This document shows positions 18,121-26,822 of a stretch of 64,000 nucleotides of DNA, piece after piece. Under the pieces are notes generated by a model. It was not told where the DNA came from. It did no database searches and saw only the letters and a program-made list of their open reading frames with translations. The DNA comes from Patescibacteria group bacterium (lineage in GTDB: Bacteria > Patescibacteriota > Minisyncoccia > Minisyncoccales > RBG-13-36-15), in assembly GCA_018609195.1 (NCBI GenBank), contig JAHCSE010000001.1, forward strand, positions 9,559 through 73,558. Direction: 5' to 3'. Numbering within the stretch: the stretch's first letter is position 1; the number at the start of each line of letters is the position of its first letter. Made by a program: the position numbers and the translations under genes.

Positions 18121-20256
18121 TTATCTCCGTTTGCCTTCTATAATTTCTTGTGCGATGTTCCCTGGCACTTCACCGTAGTGATCAAACTCCATAGTAAACG
18201 TTCCTCGGCCTTCGGTCATCGATCGCAAAGCTGTGGCATAACCAAACATCTCAGCCAGAGGAACTTTAGCTGAAATTATTTTCAAATTTAACCTATCTTT
18301 TGTTTCTTCAATCTTCCCCCTCCTCGCTCCTAAATCCCCAATAGTATCTCCAAAAAATTCAGAAGGAATAATTACTTCTAATCTCATTATCGGTTCAAGT
18401 AAAATAGGTTTTGCTCTTTTGGCGGCCGTTTGCAAAGCAGCAGATGCAGCTATCTTGAAAGCAAATTCTGAGGAATCAACCTCATGATAGGAACCATCAT
18501 AAAGAGTCACTTCGATGTCAACCATAGGATAGCCTGCAGTTATCCCTTTTTCCATAGCTTCCTTCACTCCTTTTTTCACAGCGGGGATAAATTCTTTTGG
18601 GATGATTCCTCCTTTAATCTCGTCGATAAATTCAAATCCCTCTCCTCGTGTTTTGGGCCGAATTTTCAAGAAAACATGACCATATTGGCCTCTGCCGCCT
18701 GATTGTCTAATATATTTTCCTTCAGCTGAAGTTTCCTCTTTTATTGTTTCTTTATAGGCAACCTGAGGTCTTCCGGATGAAGCTTCCACCTTAAATTCTC
18801 TTCTCATTCGATCATTAATTATCTCTAAATGGAGCTCCCCCATTCCTGAGATAATAGTTTCTCCCGTTTCTAAATCACTTTTAATTTTAAAAGTGGGGTC
18901 TTCCTCAGCCAATCTTTTCAAAGCTAAACTCATTTTCTCTTGGTCGGCCTTCGTTTTCGGTTCAATTCGAATGGAAATGACAGGTTCTGGAAAGGTAATT
19001 TTTTCTAAGACAATGGGGTTATCAGGGTCACAAAGAGTATGACCAGTACTAGTTTTTTTTAATCCAACCGTAGCCCCAATATCTCCAGCGAAAAACTCTT
19101 GTACTTCCTCACGATCTGCCGCATGCATCCTTAAAATTCTCCCAATTCTCTCTTTCTCGCCCGTAGTTGCATTTAATACATAAGAACCTCTTTTTAAGCT
19201 ACCTGCATAAACTCGGAAATAATTTAAAGTTCCAACATAAGGATCAGCAGCAGATTTAAAAACCAAAGCGGAAAATGATTCTGAATCTAAAACTTTTCTT
19301 TCAATTTCCTGACCATTTCGAGGATCAACTCCTCTCACCGGAGGTAAATCCAAGGGGCTAGGCAAAAAATTCACAATTCCATCTAAGAGAGGCTGAATTC
19401 CTTTATTTCTCAAAGCTGATCCACAAAATACCGGGATGAGTTTGTAGGAAATTGTGGCTTTTCTCAATACTTCTCTCAATTCATTGATTGAAATTTCCTT
19501 TTTGGCTAAGTATTTCTCTAAAAGTTTCTCATCTTCAGCTGCAATTTTCTCCACTAATTTTTCTCGCCACTCTTTAGCGATCTTGCGCAAATTTTCAGGT
19601 ATCTCTTCTTCAACAACATTCTGGCCAAAGTCACCTTCAAATTTTAAGGCTCGCATTGTAAAGAGATCAATCACTCCTTCAAAATTTTCCTCGCTACCAA
19701 TTGGTAATTGAAGAACCACCGCCTGGGGAGATAATTTTTCCCAAATTGATTGCAAGCTCTTTTCAAAAGAAGCTCCTGTCCTATCCATTTTATTGATAAA
19801 GCAAATTCTGGGAACAGAAAATCTATCTGCTTGATGCCATACCGTCTCAGATTGAGGTTCTACTCCTGCTACTCCATCGAAAATCACTACCGCCCCATCC
19901 AAAACTCGCAAAGATCTTTGTACTTCCGCTGTAAAATCAATATGGCCAGGAGTATCAATAATGTTTATTCGATACTCATCTTTTTTGCTTTTTTCTTTGG
20001 ATTGACCGGGGGCGGTGTGTGGGTGATAGGTGGATGGAGTCCAAAAACAAGTAGTGGCTGCAGCTGTAATAGTAATTCCCCTTTCTTTTTCTTGAATCAT
20101 CCAATCCATTATTGCCTCCCCTTCATGAACTTCTCCAATTTTATGAGAAATTCCAGTATAGAAAAGCACCCGCTCAGTAACGGTTGTTTTCCCAGCATCG
20201 ATATGAGCAATAATACCAATATTGCGAGTTCGTTCTATTGGATACAAACGAGGCAT
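18121..20256 (-). CDS. fusA: elongation factor G
   Basis: [17 protein letters not shown] and NKMD motifs; 711 aa. Confidence 0.97.
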   Translation of the reverse strand: MPRLYPIERTRNIGIIAHIDAGKTTVTERVLFYTGISHKIGEVHEGEAIMDWMIQEKERGITITAAATTCFWTPSTYHPHTAPGQSKEKSKKDEYRINIIDTPGHIDFTAEVQRSLRVLDGAVVIFDGVAGVEPQSETVWHQADRFSVPRICFINKMDRTGASFEKSLQSIWEKLSPQAVVLQLPIGSEENFEGVIDLFTMRALKFEGDFGQNVVEEEIPENLRKIAKEWREKLVEKIAAEDEKLLEKYLAKKEISINELREVLRKATISYKLIPVFCGSALRNKGIQPLLDGIVNFLPSPLDLPPVRGVDPRNGQEIERKVLDSESFSALVFKSAADPYVGTLNYFRVYAGSLKRGSYVLNATTGEKERIGRILRMHAADREEVQEFFAGDIGATVGLKKTSTGHTLCDPDNPIVLEKITFPEPVISIRIEPKTKADQEKMSLALKRLAEEDPTFKIKSDLETGETIISGMGELHLEIINDRMRREFKVEASSGRPQVAYKETIKEETSAEGKYIRQSGGRGQYGHVFLKIRPKTRGEGFEFIDEIKGGIIPKEFIPAVKKGVKEAMEKGITAGYPMVDIEVTLYDGSYHEVDSSEFAFKIAASAALQTAAKRAKPILLEPIMRLEVIIPSEFFGDTIGDLGARRGKIEETKDRLNLKIISAKVPLAEMFGYATALRSMTEGRGTFTMEFDHYGEVPGNIAQEIIEGKRR

Positions 20257-20287
20257 AATTTGTAGAAGCGGATTTACGCGGATCTAA

Positions 20288-20436
20288 AGCGAGGGTAAGC
20301 TTCTCAAAGAGCATCTCGGAGGCGTCGCTGGCAAGGTGTCCGAGTAAAGCGAGGAACAGCGACGCCGAGAGTTGAACAAAATTTTCCTCGCTGGGAAAAA
20401 TTATTGTGTCTCTTTGAGGGGGCTTTGCCCGAGCGA
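20288..20436 (-). repeat. module B element, copy B2 (149 nt)
   Basis: See B1. Contains a 10-bp stem GGCGTCGCTG/CAGCGACGCC and a long-range stem CTCAAAGAG/CTCTTTGAG. Confidence 0.85.
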
Positions 20437-20452
20437 ATCACCAAGCCAAATG

Positions 20453-20603
20453 GTCGCTCGCCCTCCTCCAGCGCAGAGCGCTGGCGGACGCCTTTGGCGT
20501 CCTTCGGGCTCACTCCCCAGACACCTCTCGGTTTCTGGCGCTCCTTCGCTTTCGCTCAGTCACTGTTTTCCTATACGGGGAAACACCCAGTTTCCCCGAC
20601 CCC
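20453..20603 (-). repeat. module A element, copy A4
   Basis: Sense: GGGGTCGGGGAAAC-TGGGT-GTTTCCCCGTATAGGAAAACAG..CCAGAAACC-GAGA-GGTGTCTGG..GACGCC-AAA-GGCGTC..CCAGCGC-TCT-GCGCTGG..AGGAGGGCGAGCGAC. Confidence 0.85.
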
Positions 20604-20609
20604 TTTCTG

Positions 20610-20635
20610 CCACTTTGCGTTACCACGCAAAGTGG
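20610..20635 (-). promoter_or_regulatory. 10-bp hairpin enclosing the rpsG stop codon
   Basis: CCACTTTGCG-TGGTAA-CGCAAAGTGG on the sense strand. The stop codon is in the loop, and the 3' arm abuts element A4. Confidence 0.7.
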
Positions 20636-21087
20636 GCAAAAGCTCTATTCGCCTCTGCCATCCTGTGAGTATTTTCTTTCTTTTTCACTGCCCAGCCAGT
20701 GTTATTTGCGGCTTCTATCATTTCTTCAGCCAATTTCTCTCTCATTGGTTTTCCTTTTCTTGATTTGGCAGCTTGGATAATCCAACGCATAGCTAAAGTT
20801 AGCCTTCTTTCCCCTTTCACTTCTCTCGGAACCTGATAGGTAGCACCTCCAATTCTTTTCGCTTTAACCTCAAGTAAGGGGGAGGCATTTTTCAGAGCCT
20901 GATCAAAAACTTCCAAGGGGTCTTTTTTCGTTTTTCCTTTAATTATATCAAAGGCCTGATAAACAATTCTTCTCGCCAGCATCTTTTTCCCTCGCCGCAT
21001 TACCTGATTGATAAACTTTGATACAATGATGTTATTGTAAACCGGGTCAGATGTAATTTCCCTTTTTTCTTTTTTCTTCCTCCTCAT
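20620..21087 (-). CDS. rpsG: 30S ribosomal protein S7
   Basis: 155 aa; [14 protein letters not shown] and RAFAHFAW C-terminus. Confidence 0.95.
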   Translation of the reverse strand: MRRKKKEKREITSDPVYNNIIVSKFINQVMRRGKKMLARRIVYQAFDIIKGKTKKDPLEVFDQALKNASPLLEVKAKRIGGATYQVPREVKGERRLTLAMRWIIQAAKSRKGKPMREKLAEEMIEAANNTGWAVKKKENTHRMAEANRAFAHFAW

Positions 21088-21090
21088 AAA

Positions 21091-21501
21091 TTATTTTTCT
21101 TTTTTTGTTCCATACCTTGATCTTCTTTGTTTTCTCTCCTCCACTCCTCCCGCATCTAAAACCCCCCTGACCACATAATATCTTACTCCTGGTAAATCCT
21201 TCACTCTTCCTCCCCGAAGTAAAACTATTGAGTGCTCTTGCAAATTATGGCCTTCCCCAGGTATGTAAGCTGTAACCTCCATACCATTGGTCAATCTTAC
21301 TCTCGCTACTTTTCTTAAGGCAGAATTTGGTTTCCTGGGAGTAACGGTAAATACTTTTAGACAAACTCCTCTTTTGAAAGGAGAAGGATAAAATTTTGGT
21401 CTATTTTTTAATACATTAAAGCTAAATTCCAAAGCTGGCCTCTTTCCAGGTTTTTTAATTCTCTTTCTCCCTTTTTTGATTAGTTGATGAATAGTTGGCA
21501 T
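21091..21501 (-). CDS. rpsL: 30S ribosomal protein S12
   Basis: [29 protein letters not shown] and [12 protein letters not shown] motifs. Confidence 0.96.
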   Translation of the reverse strand: MPTIHQLIKKGRKRIKKPGKRPALEFSFNVLKNRPKFYPSPFKRGVCLKVFTVTPRKPNSALRKVARVRLTNGMEVTAYIPGEGHNLQEHSIVLLRGGRVKDLPGVRYYVVRGVLDAGGVEERKQRRSRYGTKKEK

Positions 21502-21618
21502 AAACCCTACGAATTACGAATCAGTACGAATATACGAATAAATTTCCCCGACCCCTTCCGACGTGGGCTGCTATTTCTGTTTCGCAGACAATAGTAACAT
21601 TATCCTCTCAAAAATAAT

Positions 21619-21636
21619 TAAGCGGCTGACCGCTTA
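21619..21636 (-). terminator. terminator after the M50 protease gene
   Basis: TAAGCGG-TCAG-CCGCTTA followed by ATTATTTTT on the minus strand. Confidence 0.55.
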
Positions 21637-21671
21637 CATTTGAGATTATCAAATATTTTAATTTAAGTCAA

Positions 21672-22370
21672 TTAAATTCCAATAATAAACTTGAAAACTG
21701 CAAATATTAATGAAAATAAAGGTATTACGCCAGAGATTACCAGAAAAAGAAAAAATATCAAAATAAACATTCCATATGTTTCTAAATAAAATTTAATATG
21801 TTCTAAACGATAAGGTAAAATACTATAAAGAACTTTTGAACCATCTAAAGGTGGAATGGGAATTAAATTAAAGATAGCTAAAAGAACATTTAAAAAGACA
21901 ATGAAGCTAAAAATAAGAAAAACTGGAGCGAGGGGAGAAGCCTGAAGCAAGGAAGGTAAATCTTCTGTTCTCGCAGAAAAGAAAGCAAAAATTAAACTTG
22001 TTTTCAACTCTTGAGAAAGAGGCAAAATCCGGCTCAAAACCCCAAAAAGCATCGCTAACAAAAGGTTGGCAGCAGGTCCTGCTAGGGCAATTTTAGCTGG
22101 TCCCCATTTCTGATCTCTCAAGTTATAAGGATTGAAAGGAACAGGTTTTGCATAGCCAAAAAGGATTGGGCTTCGAAACAAAATTAAGAGTAAGGGTAAA
22201 AAAATGGAACCGAAAGGATCTAAATGCTTTATTGGATTTAAAGTAAGCCTGCCTGCGTATTTTGCCGTAGGATCACCCAAAAAATAAGCCGCTTGCCCAT
22301 GGGAAACTTCATGAATAACAACTGAAAAAAGTAAAACAATTAAAGAGAAGAGCAATAAGATAATTTCCAT
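21672..22370 (-). CDS. site-2 protease family (M50) zinc metalloprotease
   Basis: 232 aa, polytopic, with HEVSHG (HExxH) in the first TM helix. Confidence 0.8.
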   Translation of the reverse strand: MEIILLLFSLIVLLFSVVIHEVSHGQAAYFLGDPTAKYAGRLTLNPIKHLDPFGSIFLPLLLILFRSPILFGYAKPVPFNPYNLRDQKWGPAKIALAGPAANLLLAMLFGVLSRILPLSQELKTSLIFAFFSARTEDLPSLLQASPLAPVFLIFSFIVFLNVLLAIFNLIPIPPLDGSKVLYSILPYRLEHIKFYLETYGMFILIFFLFLVISGVIPLFSLIFAVFKFIIGI

Positions 22371-22434
22371 ATTATTTCATTTTAGCAAATTAAAAGTTAC
22401 TTGTAAAAACTGGAAACTCTGTTAAGTTTAATAT

Positions 22435-22623
22435 ATGTCTAAAAAATGCTCAATCTGTAGCAAGGGCTCCATGTTGGTTTGGCGAAGAGTTAAACTCCGG
22501 GGAAAATATAATCCAACTATAAAAAGAAGGCAATACCCTAATTTACAATGGGCAAAGTTGCCTTCTGGAAAAAGAGTTTTAGCTTGTACAAAATGTATTA
22601 AGGCGATGGGGAAAAGAAAATAA
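22435..22623 (+). CDS. rpmB: 50S ribosomal protein L28
   Basis: 62 aa; CSICSKG...NPTIKRRQYPNLQ...CTKC. One of few plus-strand genes. Confidence 0.85.
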   Translation: MSKKCSICSKGSMLVWRRVKLRGKYNPTIKRRQYPNLQWAKLPSGKRVLACTKCIKAMGKRK

Positions 22624-22697
22624 AAAATAATTAGCATATAAACACCCTATCTATTTTTTATCTTTTATATTTTATATTTGATTTTGAGCGAAGCGAA

Positions 22698-22770
22698 CGG
22701 GGCATAGTGTAATGGTTAACATTTGCGCATGGGGTGCGTAAGATTCTGGGTTCGAATCCCAGTGCCCCGA
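22698..22770 (+). tRNA. tRNA-Pro (anticodon GGG)
   Basis: Manual cloverleaf: acceptor CGGGGCA/TGCCCCG, D arm GTGT-AATGGTTA-ACAT, anticodon arm TGCGC-ATGGGGT-GCGTA, T arm CTGGG-TTCGAAT-CCCAG, discriminator A. CCA is not encoded. Confidence 0.88.
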
Positions 22771-22845
22771 CTAAAAGCAATTTCTCTCAATCCTAAGGAA
22801 AACATCTCTGAGAGATGAAAAAATTGAGGAACATGGTTTACAAAT

Positions 22846-23895
22846 ATGAGTAATAAATTTATTGTATCCTTAACTTTTATCATCTTTCTGGTTATTGTCG
22901 GAGGCCTTTTGTGGTTAGCCATTCAAAGTGACAATGCCGTTAGTGCCTTGCTTTCTTTTACCGCTGGGCTTTCCATGATATTTTTGCCCTGCACCTTGCC
23001 GTTAGCTTTTGTTATTATTCCTATTGCTGCCAAAGAACAAAAGCAGGGTCGAGCCCTGGGTATTGCGGTAGCTTTCGGTTTGGGGCTTTCGGTGACTCTG
23101 GCGCTTTATGGAATTGTCACAGCTTTCTTAGGTGATTACTTTGGACTTGATCAATTCACAAGAGTAATGTTTGTTGTAGCTGGAGCAATGGCTCTCATTT
23201 TTGCCTTGACCGAACTTAAGCTTTTGCAAATCCCACTTCCGATATTTACGCATCGTATTCCTAATTGGATTACGGGAGGATACGGCAAAACTTTTCTTTT
23301 AGGGATGTTTTTAGGAAATGCAGGAATTGGGTGTCCCAATCCTGCTTTTTATGTACTCTTAACCTACATCGCCTCTACAGGTTCATTGGTAACGGGAGGC
23401 TGGTTGGGCTTGGTTCACGGCCTCGGTCGAGCCACGCCTCTTATATTCCTCGTTCTTTTGACAATACTGGGAATCAAAAGTATCCAGTGGATGGGTAAAG
23501 CATCAGCAAAAATTCATATTTTAACTGGCGTAGGGTTAGTTCTTGCCGGAGCATTTATCCTTACCTATGGTCTTTTTGGTATGCACTGGTGGGAAGATTC
23601 TATATTTCATGCTTCATGGAATAGATCTGTATATAACATAGCTCCGAATCTTGCCGAACAACCCGGCCATCCTGTTGCCGAAGGAGTATGGGAGGCGCCG
23701 TCATGGGTAGGATGGTGGTCGCTAATCATATTCATGCTGATTCCTTTCATTTGGTATAAGCTCAGACACGGGGTGAAAAATAAAGTGTTTTGGATTGTGA
23801 GTGCATTCTTGATTCTTCTGGGGCTTTCTGCATCAGCTGGACTTATAGAGGTTGAGCATGGGCACGGAATTGAAGTTGAACAGGAACAACTTTAA
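22846..23895 (+). CDS. CcdA/DsbD-like thiol-disulfide transporter family membrane protein with Trp-rich C-terminal extension
   Basis: 349 aa, polytopic, with intramembrane Cys motifs LPCTLP and GCPNP. Confidence 0.6.
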   Translation: MSNKFIVSLTFIIFLVIVGGLLWLAIQSDNAVSALLSFTAGLSMIFLPCTLPLAFVIIPIAAKEQKQGRALGIAVAFGLGLSVTLALYGIVTAFLGDYFGLDQFTRVMFVVAGAMALIFALTELKLLQIPLPIFTHRIPNWITGGYGKTFLLGMFLGNAGIGCPNPAFYVLLTYIASTGSLVTGGWLGLVHGLGRATPLIFLVLLTILGIKSIQWMGKASAKIHILTGVGLVLAGAFILTYGLFGMHWWEDSIFHASWNRSVYNIAPNLAEQPGHPVAEGVWEAPSWVGWWSLIIFMLIPFIWYKLRHGVKNKVFWIVSAFLILLGLSASAGLIEVEHGHGIEVEQEQL

Positions 23896-23967
23896 TTATA
23901 GGCGTTACGATACAATAATTTTTTTTCAAAATAAGTTTGTACAAAATTTAGTAAATGCAACAAAAAA

Positions 23968-23990
23968 GCGCCACAATGTGGTGCCTTTTT
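23968..23990 (+). terminator. terminator after 22846..23895
   Basis: gcgccacaatgtggtgc hairpin followed by CTTTTT. Confidence 0.55.
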
Positions 23991-24135
23991 GAAGCCCTGC
24001 CTTCTTTCTAGAGAATCTTCCGGTAAATCATTTCTAGTGGGTGTCCGCACCCTGAGCCCACGGGCTCAAGAAATGTAGGACTCCCGAGAAAGAACTTTTG
24101 TTCCAGAATCTGGCTAGAAAAAACGAACAGGGCTA
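23991..24135. ncRNA. candidate structured small RNA of unknown class
   Basis: GC-rich ~145-nt block between convergent genes. Closing stems AGCCCTG/CAGGGCT and TTTCTAG/CTAGAAA. Inner stem CATTTCT/AGAAATG encloses hairpins GGGTG-TCCG-CACCC and GAGCC-CACG-GGCTC. Strand undetermined. Confidence 0.4.
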
Positions 24136-24251
24136 ATTTTATTGTAGCAGTTTAAGAAACTCAGTCAAGGTTTAAAATTTTACATATTTCTTCAGGATAT
24201 CCACAGTTTATTAACTATTTCCAAAAATTTTATTAGCTTTCTAAAGTATTT

Positions 24252-25325
24252 TCAGAAATGTAAAACATCTACCATTTGTTTAATTAAAGAAAGAACCACT
24301 GCCGGAGGCAATAAACTGTAAGAAGGAACTCCTTTATCATCAGGAAAAACCCAGGGTTTTTCAATTATTTCCACCTTTTTATCTTCCTCTATCCACTTAT
24401 AGTTATATTCGGGAGTAATTTCATAATCATCTACATATTCTTTTACCCTCTCTACAGGAACTGAATTTCTCAGAAGAATCCTGGGAATTCCATAAAGAGC
24501 GAAGGCTTGTTTAATCAACCGTTCATCCATTGTAAAACGCCTCTTTATTGGCTCTATTCCTCGCTCATCTCCTTCTTTTGCGACCATTTTTATTTCCTGA
24601 CAAGTGGGATTATCACAAATAAAGAAAAACTTTTTGCTCAGTTCATCGTATCTAACTTCTTTCGCTGGATGAAGCCTTAAATTTCTGGGGGTTTGACAGT
24701 TAGGACACACTACTCGAAATTTCATTCTCTCGTCAATTACTTTTCCAGGAACATCAATCAAAATAAAGACATCAGGGTCAGATCTGTAACCAATAAGGTC
24801 TCGGAAAAATAAAGAATATGAGATCTGATCCAAATCTCTCGGAAAACCATCTATAAAAAGGGCTTTTCTTTCCATTTTGTCTATCTCTCCTTTCGCTAAG
24901 GCTAAAATAAATTCAGTTGGCAAAAGAGTCTCCGTATTTCTACTCAAGAGTTTTTCAATTGCTTTCTCAATGGGAAGGAAGCCTCGATAATTTGAGGAAA
25001 GCCGGTGTATCAATTCTTCTTTGTTTTTTTGTTCTAAAATTTCTTGGTGCGATTTTCGAACGATATCTCCAATCGAAACGTGACTCACGCGTTCTTTATT
25101 AACAATCTCTGCAAATATCTTTGAGTAAGTTCCTTTGCCAGAATTCTTTTTCCCCAAGAGATAAGCAATGAAAGTATTTTTCTTGAGATACTCTCTTAAT
25201 TTCTTGATTTCCGATCCCGCCTTGAACTCAAAATATTCCTGTATCTCTTTGGGATCAGCTAAATTGAATTTCCGAGTGGGACCTTTAATTTTTGTTTTAA
25301 AAATCGGGAAGTTAATATCCCTCAT
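24252..25325 (-). CDS. long adenylate-kinase-family nucleotide kinase
   Basis: 357 aa; P-loop GKKNSGKGT and a zinc-type LID (CPNC...CDNPTC). Much longer than the canonical adk at 4467. Confidence 0.6.
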   Translation of the reverse strand: MRDINFPIFKTKIKGPTRKFNLADPKEIQEYFEFKAGSEIKKLREYLKKNTFIAYLLGKKNSGKGTYSKIFAEIVNKERVSHVSIGDIVRKSHQEILEQKNKEELIHRLSSNYRGFLPIEKAIEKLLSRNTETLLPTEFILALAKGEIDKMERKALFIDGFPRDLDQISYSLFFRDLIGYRSDPDVFILIDVPGKVIDERMKFRVVCPNCQTPRNLRLHPAKEVRYDELSKKFFFICDNPTCQEIKMVAKEGDERGIEPIKRRFTMDERLIKQAFALYGIPRILLRNSVPVERVKEYVDDYEITPEYNYKWIEEDKKVEIIEKPWVFPDDKGVPSYSLLPPAVVLSLIKQMVDVLHF

Positions 25326-25364
25326 AGTCCTACGAATTACGAATATTTACGAATATACGAACAG

Positions 25365-26219
25365 TTATTTTATTTTTAGATTTGTTCCGTCAGAAATAAT
25401 TTTAATATCTCCGTCTTCATCAGTCCTCAGCACTTTTATACCATGTTTCTTTAAAGTTTCCAAAGTTTCTTGATGGGGATGTCCGTAGCGATTATTCCTG
25501 CCGACCGGGATTACGGCGATCTCAGGAGTAACAGCTTCCAGAAACTCTTCGGCAGTTGAGGTCCTGCTGCCTTGATGAGCTACTTTTAAAATATCAGAAT
25601 CAATGAAAATGTTTTTCTCAACCAATGTTTTCTCCACTGATTTATAGATATCACCAGTCAGCAAAAAAGAATTTTCTCCAAAAACTAATCGAGCGACAAT
25701 TGAAGTATTGTTCGTATTTTTCACCGTTTTTCCTTCTAAATTTTCAGATGGATGTAAAATGTCTAAACGAGCTCTAGATGCCCCTATCCTTTGGCCAGCT
25801 TTGGCAATGAAAATCTGAGCTCCCTCTTTTTGAATTAACTTTTGCCATTCTCGAGCTTCGGACGTATCTTTCACAATTCCCGTCCATAAAATATTTTCCA
25901 CTTTATATCTTTTTAACACCTCCAAAAGCCCAGCAAGATGATCTTTATCAGGATGAGTTAAAATTATAAGATCAATCGTTCTATCGAAAAAAGGTATTTC
26001 CTTTCCCAGTTTTTCCAAAATAGTGGAATCCGGTCCCCCATCAATTAAAATTTGATGCGATTGCGGGGTTTCAATAAAAATAGCATCACCTTGGCCGACA
26101 TCAAAAAAAGTAACCTCAAGGAATCTTGGCTGGCTTAAATCGTAAACAGCAATCCAGGCTAAGATATTAAGGAAAAACAGAATACCTAAAATAATAAAAG
26201 CACTGTTATGCTTTTTCAT
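25365..26219 (-). CDS. membrane-anchored MBL-fold hydrolase (ComEC C-terminal-domain-like)
   Basis: N-terminal TM helix; DVGQGDAIFIE and ILTHPDKDHLAG metallo-beta-lactamase motifs. Confidence 0.75.
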   Translation of the reverse strand: MKKHNSAFIILGILFFLNILAWIAVYDLSQPRFLEVTFFDVGQGDAIFIETPQSHQILIDGGPDSTILEKLGKEIPFFDRTIDLIILTHPDKDHLAGLLEVLKRYKVENILWTGIVKDTSEAREWQKLIQKEGAQIFIAKAGQRIGASRARLDILHPSENLEGKTVKNTNNTSIVARLVFGENSFLLTGDIYKSVEKTLVEKNIFIDSDILKVAHQGSRTSTAEEFLEAVTPEIAVIPVGRNNRYGHPHQETLETLKKHGIKVLRTDEDGDIKIISDGTNLKIK

Positions 26220-26298
26220 TGATTTTATTATAACGAACTATGTTCGATATATCACGCTGCGCGTGCTATAGGTTAGTTTATTGTGATTGAAAACAAAA

Positions 26299-26317
26299 AA
26301 CCGCCTTCTTGGCGATT
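26299..26317 (-). terminator. family terminator AATCGCCAAGAAGGCGGTT(T)n, copy a
   Basis: 7-bp stem AATCGCC/GGCGGTT, loop AAGAA, then a T-run. Downstream of 26339..26704. Confidence 0.6.
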
Positions 26318-26338
26318 AGAATGGTATTTTAGTAACTT

Positions 26339-26704
26339 TTATTTTTTATACCTTCGTTCATTAGTTTTATAACCAGTATCTGATGACCAAATAAGAAACA
26401 GCCTCTTTTTAAACCCTCCCTTAATCTTTGTACCCTCTTTCTGGGCATTTTTTATTTGCTGATTTGTAATTCCCTTAAATCTCTTTATTTCCTGAACAAC
26501 ATCTAAAACATCGGCTAACTCTGAAATCAATTTCTTTTTAGTTTTTGCGGCAAGTAAACCGTCTGCTTCTTCCCCTACTTTTTTTATGAGTTCTTTTTCA
26601 AAATCTTTTGCGTTTAATTTTCTTATTTTAAAATCGCCCCCGCTCTTTTTAATCTTTTCTGGTATTTTGTCACGAATTAGCTTATTGTAGCATATCTTTT
26701 TCAT
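26339..26704 (-). CDS. MazG-like nucleoside triphosphate pyrophosphohydrolase
   Basis: 121 aa; YNKLIRDKIPEKI N-terminus and EEADGL...ELADVLDV helices. Confidence 0.65.
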   Translation of the reverse strand: MKKICYNKLIRDKIPEKIKKSGGDFKIRKLNAKDFEKELIKKVGEEADGLLAAKTKKKLISELADVLDVVQEIKRFKGITNQQIKNAQKEGTKIKGGFKKRLFLIWSSDTGYKTNERRYKK

Positions 26705-26722
26705 TATTTCATTCTATCAAAA

Positions 26723-26741
26723 AACCGCCTTCTTGGCGATT
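26723..26741 (-). terminator. family terminator, copy b
   Basis: Identical 19-mer aaccgccttcttggcgatt. Downstream of 26823..27479. Confidence 0.6.
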
Positions 26742-26822
26742 TTTTTGTGGCTTCATCTATGAAAAGAAAAAGGCGACACGATAACCTCGGGTCGCCACTA
26801 AAAAAGAACAATTATAGTTTTG

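Noticed and set aside
14133-20603. CRISPR array interpretation of the recurring GC-rich repeats
   Set aside because: The copies are 90-165 nt long and irregularly spaced, with whole genes between them. They have no short uniform spacers and no cas genes in the window.
22428-22922. Minus-strand ORFs 22428..22637 and 22716..22922
   Set aside because: The first is antisense to rpmB. The second overlaps tRNA-Pro and the start of the plus-strand membrane gene.
23991-24135. Assigning the structured block to SRP RNA or 6S RNA
   Set aside because: It lacks the GGAA-tetraloop/AGCA symmetric-loop signature of SRP domain IV and the central bubble architecture and length of 6S. It is kept only as an unclassified sRNA candidate.
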